A stretch of DNA of 64,000 nt from a virus, in the IMG/VR virus record IMGVR_UViG_3300032240_002475, positions 58,291 to 122,290 of that record. One strand, 5' to 3'. Every line of letters starts with the position of its first letter. Positions within the stretch are counted from its first letter, which is position 1. Position numbers and translations under genes: made by a program. This document shows positions 19,583 through 29,436 of this stretch, one piece after another. Below the pieces are notes generated by a model. The model saw nothing but the letters and a program-made list of their open reading frames with translations, did no database searches and had not been told where the DNA came from.

Positions 19583-20393
19583 AATCTTTTAAATGGTTTT
19601 CAAAAATCCAATCGTCTAAAACGCTGTATTTTTGTACTCTATCATAATTATCTTTTATTGCTTCTATTTTAGAATTATACAATTCTTCAGTTAAAGTAGA
19701 CACGTCAAAAATTCCATCAAAAAATATAATTCCATCAGGATTAAAATATTCTGTAACTTTTGGTGTACCCATATAAATTGGAATAGTTCCTGTTGCAAAA
19801 CAATCTAATATTTTTTCGGTAAAATAAGTGTCGTATGTATCATTTTCTGCACAAAATGAAAATCTATAATCATTTAACCCAATTTCTTTATTTGGTATTT
19901 CTTGAATTCCTCTTCCAAAAACATCAATTTTGTCTTGATTAGCCATGGCAAAATCATGTCTCATTTCATGTTGTTTTGTCCATCTTTTATTTGAGGTAAT
20001 CATTGATGCCATTTTAGTTTTTGGGTGAATACCAAAATCTTTAATGTAACTACCATATGCTGGTGTCCATTTGAATTTTGGATGTAATGACAATAATTCA
20101 TCATTGTGTGTCCAAATTTGTTCAAAAGTTTCTAATACTGAATCTAAATTATTTTTAATATTATCTACCGCTCCACCATCAAATTTTCTTGATTCAATAA
20201 CCCAAAGAAATTTTTTCTTTTCTCCACCATCAGTTTTATGGTCTTCGATTGCTTTAAATAAATCATTATCTAAATAAACTGAAATAGGATTTTCGTAACT
20301 ATTAAAACACCACTCTATATGTATTGGTGGTTTATTTGCGGTTGAACCTTTGTCATGTGCAAAGTTTCTTGAGAGCATGTTTAACTTAACCAT
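19575..20393 (-). CDS. GT10 (alpha-1,3-fucosyltransferase)-like glycosyltransferase
   Basis: YRFSFCAENDTYDTYFTEKILDCFATGTIPIYMG. Confidence 0.8.
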   Translation of the reverse strand: MVKLNMLSRNFAHDKGSTANKPPIHIEWCFNSYENPISVYLDNDLFKAIEDHKTDGGEKKKFLWVIESRKFDGGAVDNIKNNLDSVLETFEQIWTHNDELLSLHPKFKWTPAYGSYIKDFGIHPKTKMASMITSNKRWTKQHEMRHDFAMANQDKIDVFGRGIQEIPNKEIGLNDYRFSFCAENDTYDTYFTEKILDCFATGTIPIYMGTPKVTEYFNPDGIIFFDGIFDVSTLTEELYNSKIEAIKDNYDRVQKYSVLDDWIFENHLKDYV

Positions 20394-21190
20394 CCGTCTT
20401 CATAATTTACTTCTAATACTGTCCAGTTTGGTTCGTATATGTCTTTATAATTTCTTGGTCCTCTTGGTCCAAACCAAATAGATGGAACAATAATTTTTTT
20501 ATTTTGATTAGGATTTAAAAATGTACCCCACCATGAAAATGTAGAATTAACCATGATATGGTTTTTACATAAAGACATTAACCACATTTCTCTATAATCC
20601 TCATCTTCTACATAAGTTACATTATCAAACTTAAGGTTTTCTTTAACCCACTCTTTGTCATCACTAAAAACAAATACATGAGTGTACTCACCAATTTCTT
20701 TTAACGCTCTTTCAAAATATTTTTCATTAGCAATTGGATGAATGTCAGGATTCATAAAACAATCTCCTCTACGTACGTGAATAGATAAAGTATTTTCTTG
20801 TTTTAATTCAGGATGTTTTTCATACATTTCTTTTACAAATTCAAACGTTGGAGAAAAAATCCTTCTTATTTCACTATTAAATCCAAAAAAGTTTTTACTG
20901 CTTTGAAAGTATCCGTCAAACACAGTGTCATGGTCTTTAGCATACACATCAATGTATTCCCATGGACCTTCACTGACTTTTTCAAATCCGTCAATGCTTT
21001 CAACAAATTTCAAGTTCCTAAAAATATTATCAAGATAGTTTTCTGTTTGTCTTCCTTGCATTGGTGTCCAAGAACGAGGTACGAAAACTGCCTCTCTGTT
21101 CAGTTTCATTGCGTGTGCTAATGCGTGTGCCGCTTGGAACATTTGATTTCCCAACCCACCCATTAAATTACATGATATTAAATTACTCAT
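20381..21190 (-). CDS. GT11 alpha-1,2-fucosyltransferase-like glycosyltransferase
   Basis: GGLGNQMFQ, GYFQS, SIHVRRGD, FSDD, NSTFSWWG. Confidence 0.9.
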   Translation of the reverse strand: MSNLISCNLMGGLGNQMFQAAHALAHAMKLNREAVFVPRSWTPMQGRQTENYLDNIFRNLKFVESIDGFEKVSEGPWEYIDVYAKDHDTVFDGYFQSSKNFFGFNSEIRRIFSPTFEFVKEMYEKHPELKQENTLSIHVRRGDCFMNPDIHPIANEKYFERALKEIGEYTHVFVFSDDKEWVKENLKFDNVTYVEDEDYREMWLMSLCKNHIMVNSTFSWWGTFLNPNQNKKIIVPSIWFGPRGPRNYKDIYEPNWTVLEVNYEDGWLS

Positions 21191-21915
21191 CTAATTAATT
21201 TTTTTAATTTGGTTTTATTTCTAATTATGTTTGAACATCTTTCTTGTTCTTGATGCCCTCCACCTGTCGCACTTCCAATTTTGTGGTCGTTATATGGTGA
21301 ACTAGCATTATAAACATAATAAAGAGTGTCAAGAAATCTATAATTCTCATTTCCTGCTAACTCTAATAATGAAAATGTGTAAGCTACATCGGCTGCGGAT
21401 TTGAAGTAAGTTCCGTCATCATCTAACAAATAATCTTTTGGAATCGCTTTCCATAAAAACGATTTCCAAGTTCTTAAATGTGAGAATGTAAAAATGTCTT
21501 TTCTTATTGTATCAGGGTTACCTTTTGAAGAAAACCCTGGGTCACCATTAGAGTACATAAATGAACCATTTGTCAACCATACATTTCCTGTAGAATATAT
21601 TTTTCTAATGTCTCCAACAACATCTTGATTAAGTAAAAAATCATCACCATCAATTTCAATGACAATATCTTCATCATCAAAAGTTGATATTAATTCATCT
21701 AAGTTTCTTAACTTAAATTTTTTTTCAGTATTAACTATTAGTTTAAATCTTGAATCCCCTTCTATTAATTTTTGAACAAGTTCAACTCCTTTATCGGTTG
21801 AAATATCATCAACAAGATAAACTTCAAAATTAGAGTCTTTTTGAGTTTTTAACGTTCTAATGCAGTTTTTGATATAGTTTTCAGCATTCCAAAAACAACA
21901 AACAAATTTTATCAT
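21187..21915 (-). CDS. Glycosyltransferase, GT2 family
   Basis: WNAENYI, VDDISTD, IDGDD. Confidence 0.85.
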   Translation of the reverse strand: MIKFVCCFWNAENYIKNCIRTLKTQKDSNFEVYLVDDISTDKGVELVQKLIEGDSRFKLIVNTEKKFKLRNLDELISTFDDEDIVIEIDGDDFLLNQDVVGDIRKIYSTGNVWLTNGSFMYSNGDPGFSSKGNPDTIRKDIFTFSHLRTWKSFLWKAIPKDYLLDDDGTYFKSAADVAYTFSLLELAGNENYRFLDTLYYVYNASSPYNDHKIGSATGGGHQEQERCSNIIRNKTKLKKLIR

Positions 21916-23072
21916 TGTAAATTAATTACGTATCCTTCAGGAGTTGTTCCTGGTTTATAGAACTTAAGTCTATTGTCGTAGGATTCACTTAATGAATGTA
22001 AGTTTTTAACTACCTCATCAATTTCAATTACATTGACGTAATAACCTTCGGTTAATAAATCTACACATAATTGAAATTGTTGTGACTCTTCTAAAATATC
22101 TGTCCCTCTTTTATATGTTATGTAATTCATAACAAATGGAATTGTTTTATCTGGATTTTGAGAAATATAATATTGTTTTAAAAAACTTGCGTGTTCTTTA
22201 TTAAACTCATCCACAGTTAATGGTAAGTTTAATTCCATTCCTAAATTTTTAGCGTAGTATCCTAATGCTCTATTGTCTCTTGGTAAACAAGGACCACCAA
22301 ATCCAAATCCATAATTCATGTATTTCTTACCAACTCTTGTATCTCCACCAATTGCCCCTAATACCATACCAATTTCATCTTTTAATCCTGATTTCATTAA
22401 TATATCTCCCATCATATTTGCATAACTAATCTTAGTAGTTAAAAAACAATTGATTCCAATTTTGGTAATCTCTGCTGCTTTTGGCGACATAATATAAGCA
22501 TTAACAGAAGTAGTTTGAATTTTTTTATAAAGTTGAACTAACTCATTGCCAAGTTCTTGATATTCAGTACCAATCAAAACAATGTCAGATTGTTCTAAAC
22601 CTTTAACAATTTCTCCTTGAGCAATAAACTCAGGATTGTAAGCAACTTGAATACTAAACATCGCAAGTTTCTTTTGTATCTGTTCAGTATCACCAGGATT
22701 TGTTGTGCACCCAACAATAAATTTCTTTTCAAATATTGGAATGTCTAATTGTGATGCTGTGAAGAAATCATTTGCAACTTCAAAAACAGCCTTTGTATCG
22801 TAATTACCATCCATAGTTGATGGGGTTGCGACAAATGTGAATATCAAATCACTATTTTCAATTATTTCTACATTGTTTGTTGTTGCACTAAAGTTTTGAG
22901 TTTCAAACAACATTTTTTGAATCAATGGTTCATTTGTTATACAAATACGTTGATTCAAGTTATAAACGTAGTCTTCTCTTTTATCAGATACAATAACATT
23001 GTATCCTGCTTTTTCACATAATAATGCAAAGGTAAGACCTAATCTACCAGCACCAATAACACCTATTTTCAT
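21912..23072 (-). CDS. UDP-glucose/GDP-mannose 6-dehydrogenase family protein
   Basis: GAGRLG, FVATP, YNPEFIAQG, AEITK..N.FLTTKISYAN, GFGGPCLPRD. Confidence 0.9.
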   Translation of the reverse strand: MKIGVIGAGRLGLTFALLCEKAGYNVIVSDKREDYVYNLNQRICITNEPLIQKMLFETQNFSATTNNVEIIENSDLIFTFVATPSTMDGNYDTKAVFEVANDFFTASQLDIPIFEKKFIVGCTTNPGDTEQIQKKLAMFSIQVAYNPEFIAQGEIVKGLEQSDIVLIGTEYQELGNELVQLYKKIQTTSVNAYIMSPKAAEITKIGINCFLTTKISYANMMGDILMKSGLKDEIGMVLGAIGGDTRVGKKYMNYGFGFGGPCLPRDNRALGYYAKNLGMELNLPLTVDEFNKEHASFLKQYYISQNPDKTIPFVMNYITYKRGTDILEESQQFQLCVDLLTEGYYVNVIEIDEVVKNLHSLSESYDNRLKFYKPGTTPEGYVINLQ

Positions 23073-23869
23073 ATGATATTATTATCTTTTAAATCAAAAA
23101 TGGGTATTGAAACCATTTTGTGTTTATTTTTTGTATTAAAGCTTAAGTAACTTGAAATTGCAGTCATTTCCGTCTGAGTTAATTTCAAATCATCTTCCCA
23201 TTTTTTTAAACCATATTCCATCACCCATTCTAAATGGTCGTAAGACACTCCAATTTGAGTTTCATCAACTCTGTTGTCATCCCATAAACCGTCAGTAGGC
23301 TCTGCATCAATAATTTCTTGAGGAACATTTAAAAGTCTTCCCAACTCTCTAACTTCAGATTTGTATAGGTCTGCAATTGGAGATATGTCAACCCCGCCGT
23401 CACCGTACTTTGTATAAAATCCAACACCAAAATCCTCAACTTTATTTCCAGTACCAACCACAATACCGCTAACTGATGCAGCAATTTGATAGAGGGTAAT
23501 CATTCTCAATCTTGATTTTGTATTTGCAAATCCTAACTCTGAGTTGAATCTGTCAAACACTTTGTGAGATTTAAATGAAGTGAAAACTGAAGACAAATCA
23601 ATATTATATCCTTCAACATTTGGGTATGTTTTGGTTAGTAATGCAATTTGTAAATCAGAAAGTCTTGTGTTTTCTAAATTCGAGTTTATTGGCATTCCTA
23701 CAGCAATAGTTGGAATTCCAGTCTTAGCACAAAGAGTTGATACTACGGCAGAATCAATTCCACCAGAAACTCCAACAACTAAAACTTGTAAATTGTTTTC
23801 AGTTACATAATTAACAATCCATTCTTGGATTTTGTTAGATAGGTTTTCGTAATCAATTATTCTATTCAT
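23069..23869 (-). CDS. nadE: NH3-dependent NAD+ synthetase
   Basis: GVSGGIDSAV, NTKSRLRM, GTGNKVE, GFYTKYGDGGVD, PTDGLW; no glutaminase domain. Confidence 0.92.
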   Translation of the reverse strand: MNRIIDYENLSNKIQEWIVNYVTENNLQVLVVGVSGGIDSAVVSTLCAKTGIPTIAVGMPINSNLENTRLSDLQIALLTKTYPNVEGYNIDLSSVFTSFKSHKVFDRFNSELGFANTKSRLRMITLYQIAASVSGIVVGTGNKVEDFGVGFYTKYGDGGVDISPIADLYKSEVRELGRLLNVPQEIIDAEPTDGLWDDNRVDETQIGVSYDHLEWVMEYGLKKWEDDLKLTQTEMTAISSYLSFNTKNKHKMVSIPIFDLKDNNII

Positions 23870-25498
23870 TTATAAAATTTTTACGTATTCGTTTTTTATT
23901 TGTTGTGCAACGTTAGCAGCATAATATTTTTCTATATCGGAAGGAGGGTCAAATTTTTCTTTTGAAAGGATAAACCCACCCGAATCAACTTTGTAAATCC
24001 AACTTGGTTTTCCACACATCCAACCTTCAATGGTTGTTCTACCTAATTGAATTCCCGCTGTTTCTTCACATTTAGAAATAAAGTTTTCAACAGACCATGT
24101 TGCTGGAAAATGTTTAACATGAGGTTCAAATAAAACTTGTTGTAAGTAATTTGACTTATCTTCACCGACTAACCAAAGTTCTTTACCTTCTTTTTTGGTT
24201 CTTTCCATTAAATTTAAAATTGTTTCTTTCCTCAAGTAATCAATAGTGCCAACAAACAAAACTGAATTTTCAGACTTAACTGTAGGTTTTGGCTTGAATT
24301 TATCATTGTCTATTGGATTGTAAATAACCTCAACTTCTTCCTCAGGAATTTCAAACTTGTCTACAATGTAATCCTTAATTTCAGGTCTAATTGCAATATA
24401 TTTTTTAATTGACTCATGCTTAATTGGGTCTTCCAATTCAATTACTTCAGAGTGGATTGAATATATTTTAGTTATTTCAGGATAGAATTGAATCATTCTT
24501 TCTGCAACAGGTTTATGTTGCATATGTATTATATCAAAATCAACTTCAGATACACGATATAAAACATTCTCCGTTGAAGGTTTAAATCCTTCTTGTGTAT
24601 TAAATCCCCACTTACCGTCTCCAAGTTTAAATCCAGGAGCATCTTCAAATGATAAACACTTAATACCTAATTTCTTAGCCATGTCGGTTAAAGGACCACC
24701 TATTTGTGATAAAACAGTGACACTACAATTAAGTTTTTTTAATTCTTTGGCAAGTTCAAAAACATATAACTCAGAGCCAGTAAATGTTCTAAAATTTAAA
24801 CATGATAATAAAACTTTAACTCTTGAGTTGGGGTCAAATGATAATTTAGTTGGTAAACTACCTTTATATTTTTCTGAAAATAATGTTCTATTTTTTTCCC
24901 ATTGTTCATTTGTTTGTCCAATTGATTTATGGGTAATTCTTATGTTTGTTATAACACCAACTTTAACACCACTAATATGGTTTTCAAAACAAAAAGGAAT
25001 ATCATAAAAATGAAATCCCTCAAACTCCTCAATAAAGTTATGTTTAATTCTTTTTTTGTGAATTGCAATAAACAATCCGTCAACAATTACTGTTTGTTTA
25101 ATATTGTTATTTAAATCATCAGCATATTTTGAAGTCCATTTTTTGCCTTCGCTTTCATGGTTTACAATACCAATCATTTTTCTTCTGTCTTCCCACCACA
25201 TTCCACTTGACGGCATATAGGTAGTCCCAGCCATTCCAATAATACCAAAATCACTTTTGTCAAAGTGTTTAACTAATTTATGGTACCAAGAATTTGTATC
25301 AAAGTATATGTCGTCATGACAAAGAACAACTATGTCAGTTTTTGCTTCCGACAAAATTTCATTGTATGTTTGAGCAAGAGATTTATCCCCGTTATTTATT
25401 TTTTCAATAACTTCAATTTTTTTAAAACCTGAACTTTTTTTTAAGTATTCGATAAATTCTGGTTTGCTTTCTCTTGTTGAATATCCTACTGTAATCAT
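23870..25498 (-). CDS. Bifunctional glycosyltransferase (GT-A N-domain plus GT-B C-domain)
   Basis: LCHDDI, VDGLF and FHFYD in the N-half; TGSELYVFELAKEL, YNPID and GRTTIEG in the C-half. Confidence 0.8.
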   Translation of the reverse strand: MITVGYSTRESKPEFIEYLKKSSGFKKIEVIEKINNGDKSLAQTYNEILSEAKTDIVVLCHDDIYFDTNSWYHKLVKHFDKSDFGIIGMAGTTYMPSSGMWWEDRRKMIGIVNHESEGKKWTSKYADDLNNNIKQTVIVDGLFIAIHKKRIKHNFIEEFEGFHFYDIPFCFENHISGVKVGVITNIRITHKSIGQTNEQWEKNRTLFSEKYKGSLPTKLSFDPNSRVKVLLSCLNFRTFTGSELYVFELAKELKKLNCSVTVLSQIGGPLTDMAKKLGIKCLSFEDAPGFKLGDGKWGFNTQEGFKPSTENVLYRVSEVDFDIIHMQHKPVAERMIQFYPEITKIYSIHSEVIELEDPIKHESIKKYIAIRPEIKDYIVDKFEIPEEEVEVIYNPIDNDKFKPKPTVKSENSVLFVGTIDYLRKETILNLMERTKKEGKELWLVGEDKSNYLQQVLFEPHVKHFPATWSVENFISKCEETAGIQLGRTTIEGWMCGKPSWIYKVDSGGFILSKEKFDPPSDIEKYYAANVAQQIKNEYVKIL

Positions 25499-25503
25499 AT
25501 TAA

Positions 25504-26124
25504 TTATTTAATTCCTGTACTTCCAAATCCATTATCACCTCTTTCTTTTTCTGCGACTTTTTCAACTGGTTCTAAACTTACAAAACGTCCATTCATAACA
25601 GGACATAAAACCGCCTGAGCAATTTTCATTCCTTTTGTAATTTTAACAGGACCATTTGATGAATTGAAAACAATAACTTTGATTTCACCATTGTAGCCTG
25701 AATCAACAGTACCAGGCGTGTTCAAAACGGTTAACCCATAGTTTAACGCTAAACCACTTTTTGGTCTAACTTGAATTTCATATTCTTCAGGGATTGATAG
25801 TTTTATTCCCGTCGGGACAAGCGCTCTACCAAAAGCAACAATATCAATATCTTCAACAGAAGTAAGGTCGAAACCTGAGTCTGATGGGTAAGCATAGGTA
25901 GGAAATTTAGCATCTTCGTGTATAAGTTCAACTTGTAACGTTCTTGTTTTCATTGCAATTTCGGCTTCTCTATTCATTTCATCATAGGTCATACCAAATA
26001 ATTGTTCTAACTCTTTTTGATAATCTTCATCAACTTCAACACCAGATTCATTTTGAATATTTTGAAATTGCTCTTGTATTTGTGCCCATATTTCAGGACT
26101 TACTTGTGATTCTAAACCTTGCAT
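25504..26124 (-). CDS. dut: Trimeric dUTPase with an acidic N-terminal extension
   Basis: SGFDL, QVRPKSGLA, GTVDSGYNGE, KIAQAV, RGDNGFGSTG. Confidence 0.95.
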   Translation of the reverse strand: MQGLESQVSPEIWAQIQEQFQNIQNESGVEVDEDYQKELEQLFGMTYDEMNREAEIAMKTRTLQVELIHEDAKFPTYAYPSDSGFDLTSVEDIDIVAFGRALVPTGIKLSIPEEYEIQVRPKSGLALNYGLTVLNTPGTVDSGYNGEIKVIVFNSSNGPVKITKGMKIAQAVLCPVMNGRFVSLEPVEKVAEKERGDNGFGSTGIK

Positions 26125-26825
26125 TATTTTAATTGTTTTAATTTTTTAATTAAATCGATAAGGGCCACAACATCTTTTTCACAATATTTCACAATCCCTT
26201 CGATATTTTTATCAGTCCAATATGCGTTATGAACTTTATTACCAGTAACCTCTGTATTTTTAGGTGATTCAACTCCCATACAAACACACATTAGTTCAAG
26301 AGATGCAAATTGCCCATACCCACCATATTGCCAAATGTCTTTAGTATCAATTGCTTTAACCTCCCAAGGTTTTGTGTCATAACTTGGTAATAGTTTTGGT
26401 GGTTCTAAACCATACATCATCATACGTTTAGCTAACGTTGGAATATCAAATCCTTTTACATTATGTCCACATAAGAAAAATCCTAAGTCTCCAGTACGAT
26501 TTAATAGTTTCTGAACATCTTTAAGTAATTTTCCCTCATCTTCACTATGAAAAGATTGCATTTTAATTGTACCGTCATCCATAACAAATGCAACACTAAC
26601 GCAAACTATCTTTAAGAATTCAGGTACCAATGCTGCTCTATTAACAAATAGGTCTTCAATTGGAGTGTCAGATTCCTCAGGGAATCTTTTTCTGATATTG
26701 TCTTGAATATGTTCGAACTGAAATGAAAGTTCTTTTTTATTTTTTTTAAAGTTCTCCCAAGTAGATTCACATCCAACGGTTTCAATATCAAGAAATAATA
26801 ATTTGGTTAATGGTATGTTTATCAT
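26124..26825 (-). CDS. Stand-alone 3'-5' exonuclease (PolB-exo/DnaQ-like)
   Basis: FLDIETV, GHNVKGFDIP, YCEKDV (Exo I, II and III). Confidence 0.85.
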   Translation of the reverse strand: MINIPLTKLLFLDIETVGCESTWENFKKNKKELSFQFEHIQDNIRKRFPEESDTPIEDLFVNRAALVPEFLKIVCVSVAFVMDDGTIKMQSFHSEDEGKLLKDVQKLLNRTGDLGFFLCGHNVKGFDIPTLAKRMMMYGLEPPKLLPSYDTKPWEVKAIDTKDIWQYGGYGQFASLELMCVCMGVESPKNTEVTGNKVHNAYWTDKNIEGIVKYCEKDVVALIDLIKKLKQLK

Positions 26826-28033
26826 AAGATTGATTTATAAAATTCCGCTCTCGCTTTTGTTACAATATTAAGGTCGTATTTGTCTTTTACTGTTTCGTAG
26901 AGTCTTTCACCCATATCTTTTGCTAAGTTAGGATTTTTTACCAACTTTTCAATAAATTTTGCCCAATCAGAATGATTTCTATTTTCTTCAACTAACATTG
27001 CGTTTCCATCAACAAATTCACCGTGACTTAAACAATGTTTTAAATCTATAGTATATGGTCCTAAATTTGAAGCGATTAACGCTTTTTTGTAGAACCCAGC
27101 TTCAATAACTTTTAATTGAGACTTCATTCTGTTAAACATATGGTTCTTAATTGGAGAAAGTGAAACATCAAACTTAGAATAATTTTTTGCGTAAGATGTT
27201 ACAGGTTTAGTCCAAACTCTTACATAAGCTTCGTTTAATTCATTCGGATAAGCGTCTTGACTATAATTTAATAAATTTTTCTTATAGTCATCTGATACTG
27301 TTGAATAATTTTGTGTAAAAATTTTCTCATAAGCAGCCCAAACTGTTTCTGCTGGTAATATATTTCTTTTTGTATGTTCTCCTGTTTGTGAATTAATTTC
27401 AGTAACAGTGCCTCTTGTATCAAATCCACAAAGTACGTATTGTAGTTTATCTTTTAATGAAGATACTTTGCTTAGACTTTGGTCTAATAATTGAATATCA
27501 TGTAAATGGGAAGAACCTCCTAGCCAACCAATTCTTAATCTATCTGATTCTAACGTTGGTTCTTTGAATTGAGATTCGTTCGGATTAATTGCATTGGGGA
27601 ATACAACAACATTTTTATTTAATTTTTTAATTTCATCCGCAAATAATTCTGTGGTTGTTGTTACGTATTTTGCGACTTTCAAATTAGCAACAATCTTTTC
27701 ATTGATTTTGTTGAATTTAATAATATCGTGAATAGGATGTTCTTTTCCTGGCATCCAATAATCATCGATGTCAACAACAGTAATAACCCCTAATGAGTTT
27801 AACATTTGGATTAGCCTATTTGCTTTTTCAAAATCTGGCCCAATACTTCTGTGACAAGCAACAATTTGATATTGTGTCCAAAAATTTACGTCATCATATG
27901 GAACATCATACATTATGTCCACATGAAAATCGTCTCCGTAAAGATTTTGTAAAAAAATGTGAGGGTCTACTGACCTGAATTTACCCACACCAGTTCTATC
28001 TGAGGGTACTACTAATACTTTGATTTTTGACAT
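26822..28033 (-). CDS. Glycosyltransferase, GT-B fold
   Basis: DIDDYW, PNAI, IGWLGGSSHLHD, FNRMKSQLKVIEAG. Confidence 0.8.
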   Translation of the reverse strand: MSKIKVLVVPSDRTGVGKFRSVDPHIFLQNLYGDDFHVDIMYDVPYDDVNFWTQYQIVACHRSIGPDFEKANRLIQMLNSLGVITVVDIDDYWMPGKEHPIHDIIKFNKINEKIVANLKVAKYVTTTTELFADEIKKLNKNVVVFPNAINPNESQFKEPTLESDRLRIGWLGGSSHLHDIQLLDQSLSKVSSLKDKLQYVLCGFDTRGTVTEINSQTGEHTKRNILPAETVWAAYEKIFTQNYSTVSDDYKKNLLNYSQDAYPNELNEAYVRVWTKPVTSYAKNYSKFDVSLSPIKNHMFNRMKSQLKVIEAGFYKKALIASNLGPYTIDLKHCLSHGEFVDGNAMLVEENRNHSDWAKFIEKLVKNPNLAKDMGERLYETVKDKYDLNIVTKARAEFYKSIL

Positions 28034-28087
28034 GATTATATTTTATGTTCCAAAAATATAACAATTTAAGTCAAATAAAGAAAGTCG

Positions 28088-28711
28088 TTAAGCCAACTTT
28101 TTAATTTTGGTTACTTTACCTTCAAATACGTGTTTACCAACTTTGAAACTAAAAACTTCTTTTGAATTTTCAGAACTTTCAACTAATAATCCATTTTCTT
28201 CTAACGCTTCATTAACTGCTTCACTAATCATTTTTTTAATTAATTTATAGTCTATTGAACTGTTAGGTTGTGATTGTTGTTGAACTTGTTTTGGTTTTGC
28301 AGATTCTGGAACGTATCCTGAATCATTCCTTTTCATTAATCTTGATGCTTTTTCAATTAAATCATCGGATAATGTTGCAACAGGTTGTTGTTGTGGTTGA
28401 GAAATAGGATGTTCCATCATCAACTTTTTTATTTCATCAGGTAACTTAGAATTTTTAATTGCATCAACTGTGGGATTTCCAACGGGCTTTGTGTTGACTC
28501 TTGGAAGTTCTGAAAGATACGGTTGATTAGATTGTGGGGCTTCTTGTAAGAATTCCTGTGGAATATTATATTTTACTTGAGGCATATCAAATTCTTGTAA
28601 AGATGTTGGAGGCAATCCTCCACCCATTCCACTACTACTTTTTCCAAATTTCGGACTATCCATAATTGCTTTAGATGCCGCTAGTCTGCTCATTAAATCG
28701 CTTTCGTTCAT
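28088..28711 (-). CDS. Hypothetical protein (putative head or internal protein)
   Basis: Pro/Gln-rich; KKMISEAVNEALEE...LVES motifs. Confidence 0.6.
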   Translation of the reverse strand: MNESDLMSRLAASKAIMDSPKFGKSSSGMGGGLPPTSLQEFDMPQVKYNIPQEFLQEAPQSNQPYLSELPRVNTKPVGNPTVDAIKNSKLPDEIKKLMMEHPISQPQQQPVATLSDDLIEKASRLMKRNDSGYVPESAKPKQVQQQSQPNSSIDYKLIKKMISEAVNEALEENGLLVESSENSKEVFSFKVGKHVFEGKVTKIKKLA

Positions 28712-28715
28712 AATA

Positions 28716-29141
28716 TTAAACTGTTTGTTGTTCTGGAGTTGGTGGTTCTACAGGATTATTATCAAACTTTGCAATTGTAATAATACTAACCATGCTTTTA
28801 TCTCCGTTAAAATTATAACCTGGATGGGGTTGATTGTAAACCTCACCAGTAGGCTTTAAGGATAAGATTTTATCTAATCTGAACAATCTCCATCCTGGTA
28901 ATGGTTGTTCCCCTTTATATCCCGTATGGGAAGCTCCTTCACGGTCCCAACCTCTCATCACTAAATTACCAGCCTTACTTTTACCTAAAGCAACTGGTTC
29001 AACTTCACGTATACCTCTACCACCTGGTTCGTCACCATCATAGTAAATTGTAATAACTTGTTTTCTATTGATTGCGTCTTGTACACTACCAATAGATGCT
29101 ATTTCGCAAATTAAACCTTTAAGTGATTCGTTTAATTTCAT
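28716..29141 (-). CDS. Stand-alone WYL-domain protein
   Basis: IYYDG...REVEPVALG...RGW...WRLFRLDKI. Confidence 0.75.
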   Translation of the reverse strand: MKLNESLKGLICEIASIGSVQDAINRKQVITIYYDGDEPGGRGIREVEPVALGKSKAGNLVMRGWDREGASHTGYKGEQPLPGWRLFRLDKILSLKPTGEVYNQPHPGYNFNGDKSMVSIITIAKFDNNPVEPPTPEQQTV

Positions 29142-29434
29142 TAGAAATTAGGGTAAGTTTTTGACGAGTTAAATTTATTTATTTTGATTTCACTTTTTCT
29201 TTCTACAATATCATCGATTGTTCCAGCATTAACATTGTAAACATCTAAAAAAGCTCCAGTTCCTCTACCCATAGAATCACCATCAGCAACAGCATCTCTG
29301 TTTACTGCGGAATATGGATTACCTGCCGCGTTATAATCGTTTTTAGGAATTAACTTAGCTCTTTCGGCATCTGCGGCTGCAGTCAATGCATTTGGTTCGT
29401 TCTGAGTTAAATCTACTGTTATTTCTTGTGCCAT
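29141..29434 (-). CDS. Hypothetical protein
   Basis: 97 aa, coupled to its neighbours. Confidence 0.65.
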   Translation of the reverse strand: MAQEITVDLTQNEPNALTAAADAERAKLIPKNDYNAAGNPYSAVNRDAVADGDSMGRGTGAFLDVYNVNAGTIDDIVERKSEIKINKFNSSKTYPNF

Positions 29435-29436
29435 AA

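Noticed and set aside
10217-28033. Glycan cluster as a DNA hypermodification pathway
   Set aside because: Not excluded, but no base hydroxymethylase, thymidylate synthase homologue or TET/JBP gene is visible here, and GT10, GT11, GT25 and GT60 act on glycans or proteins
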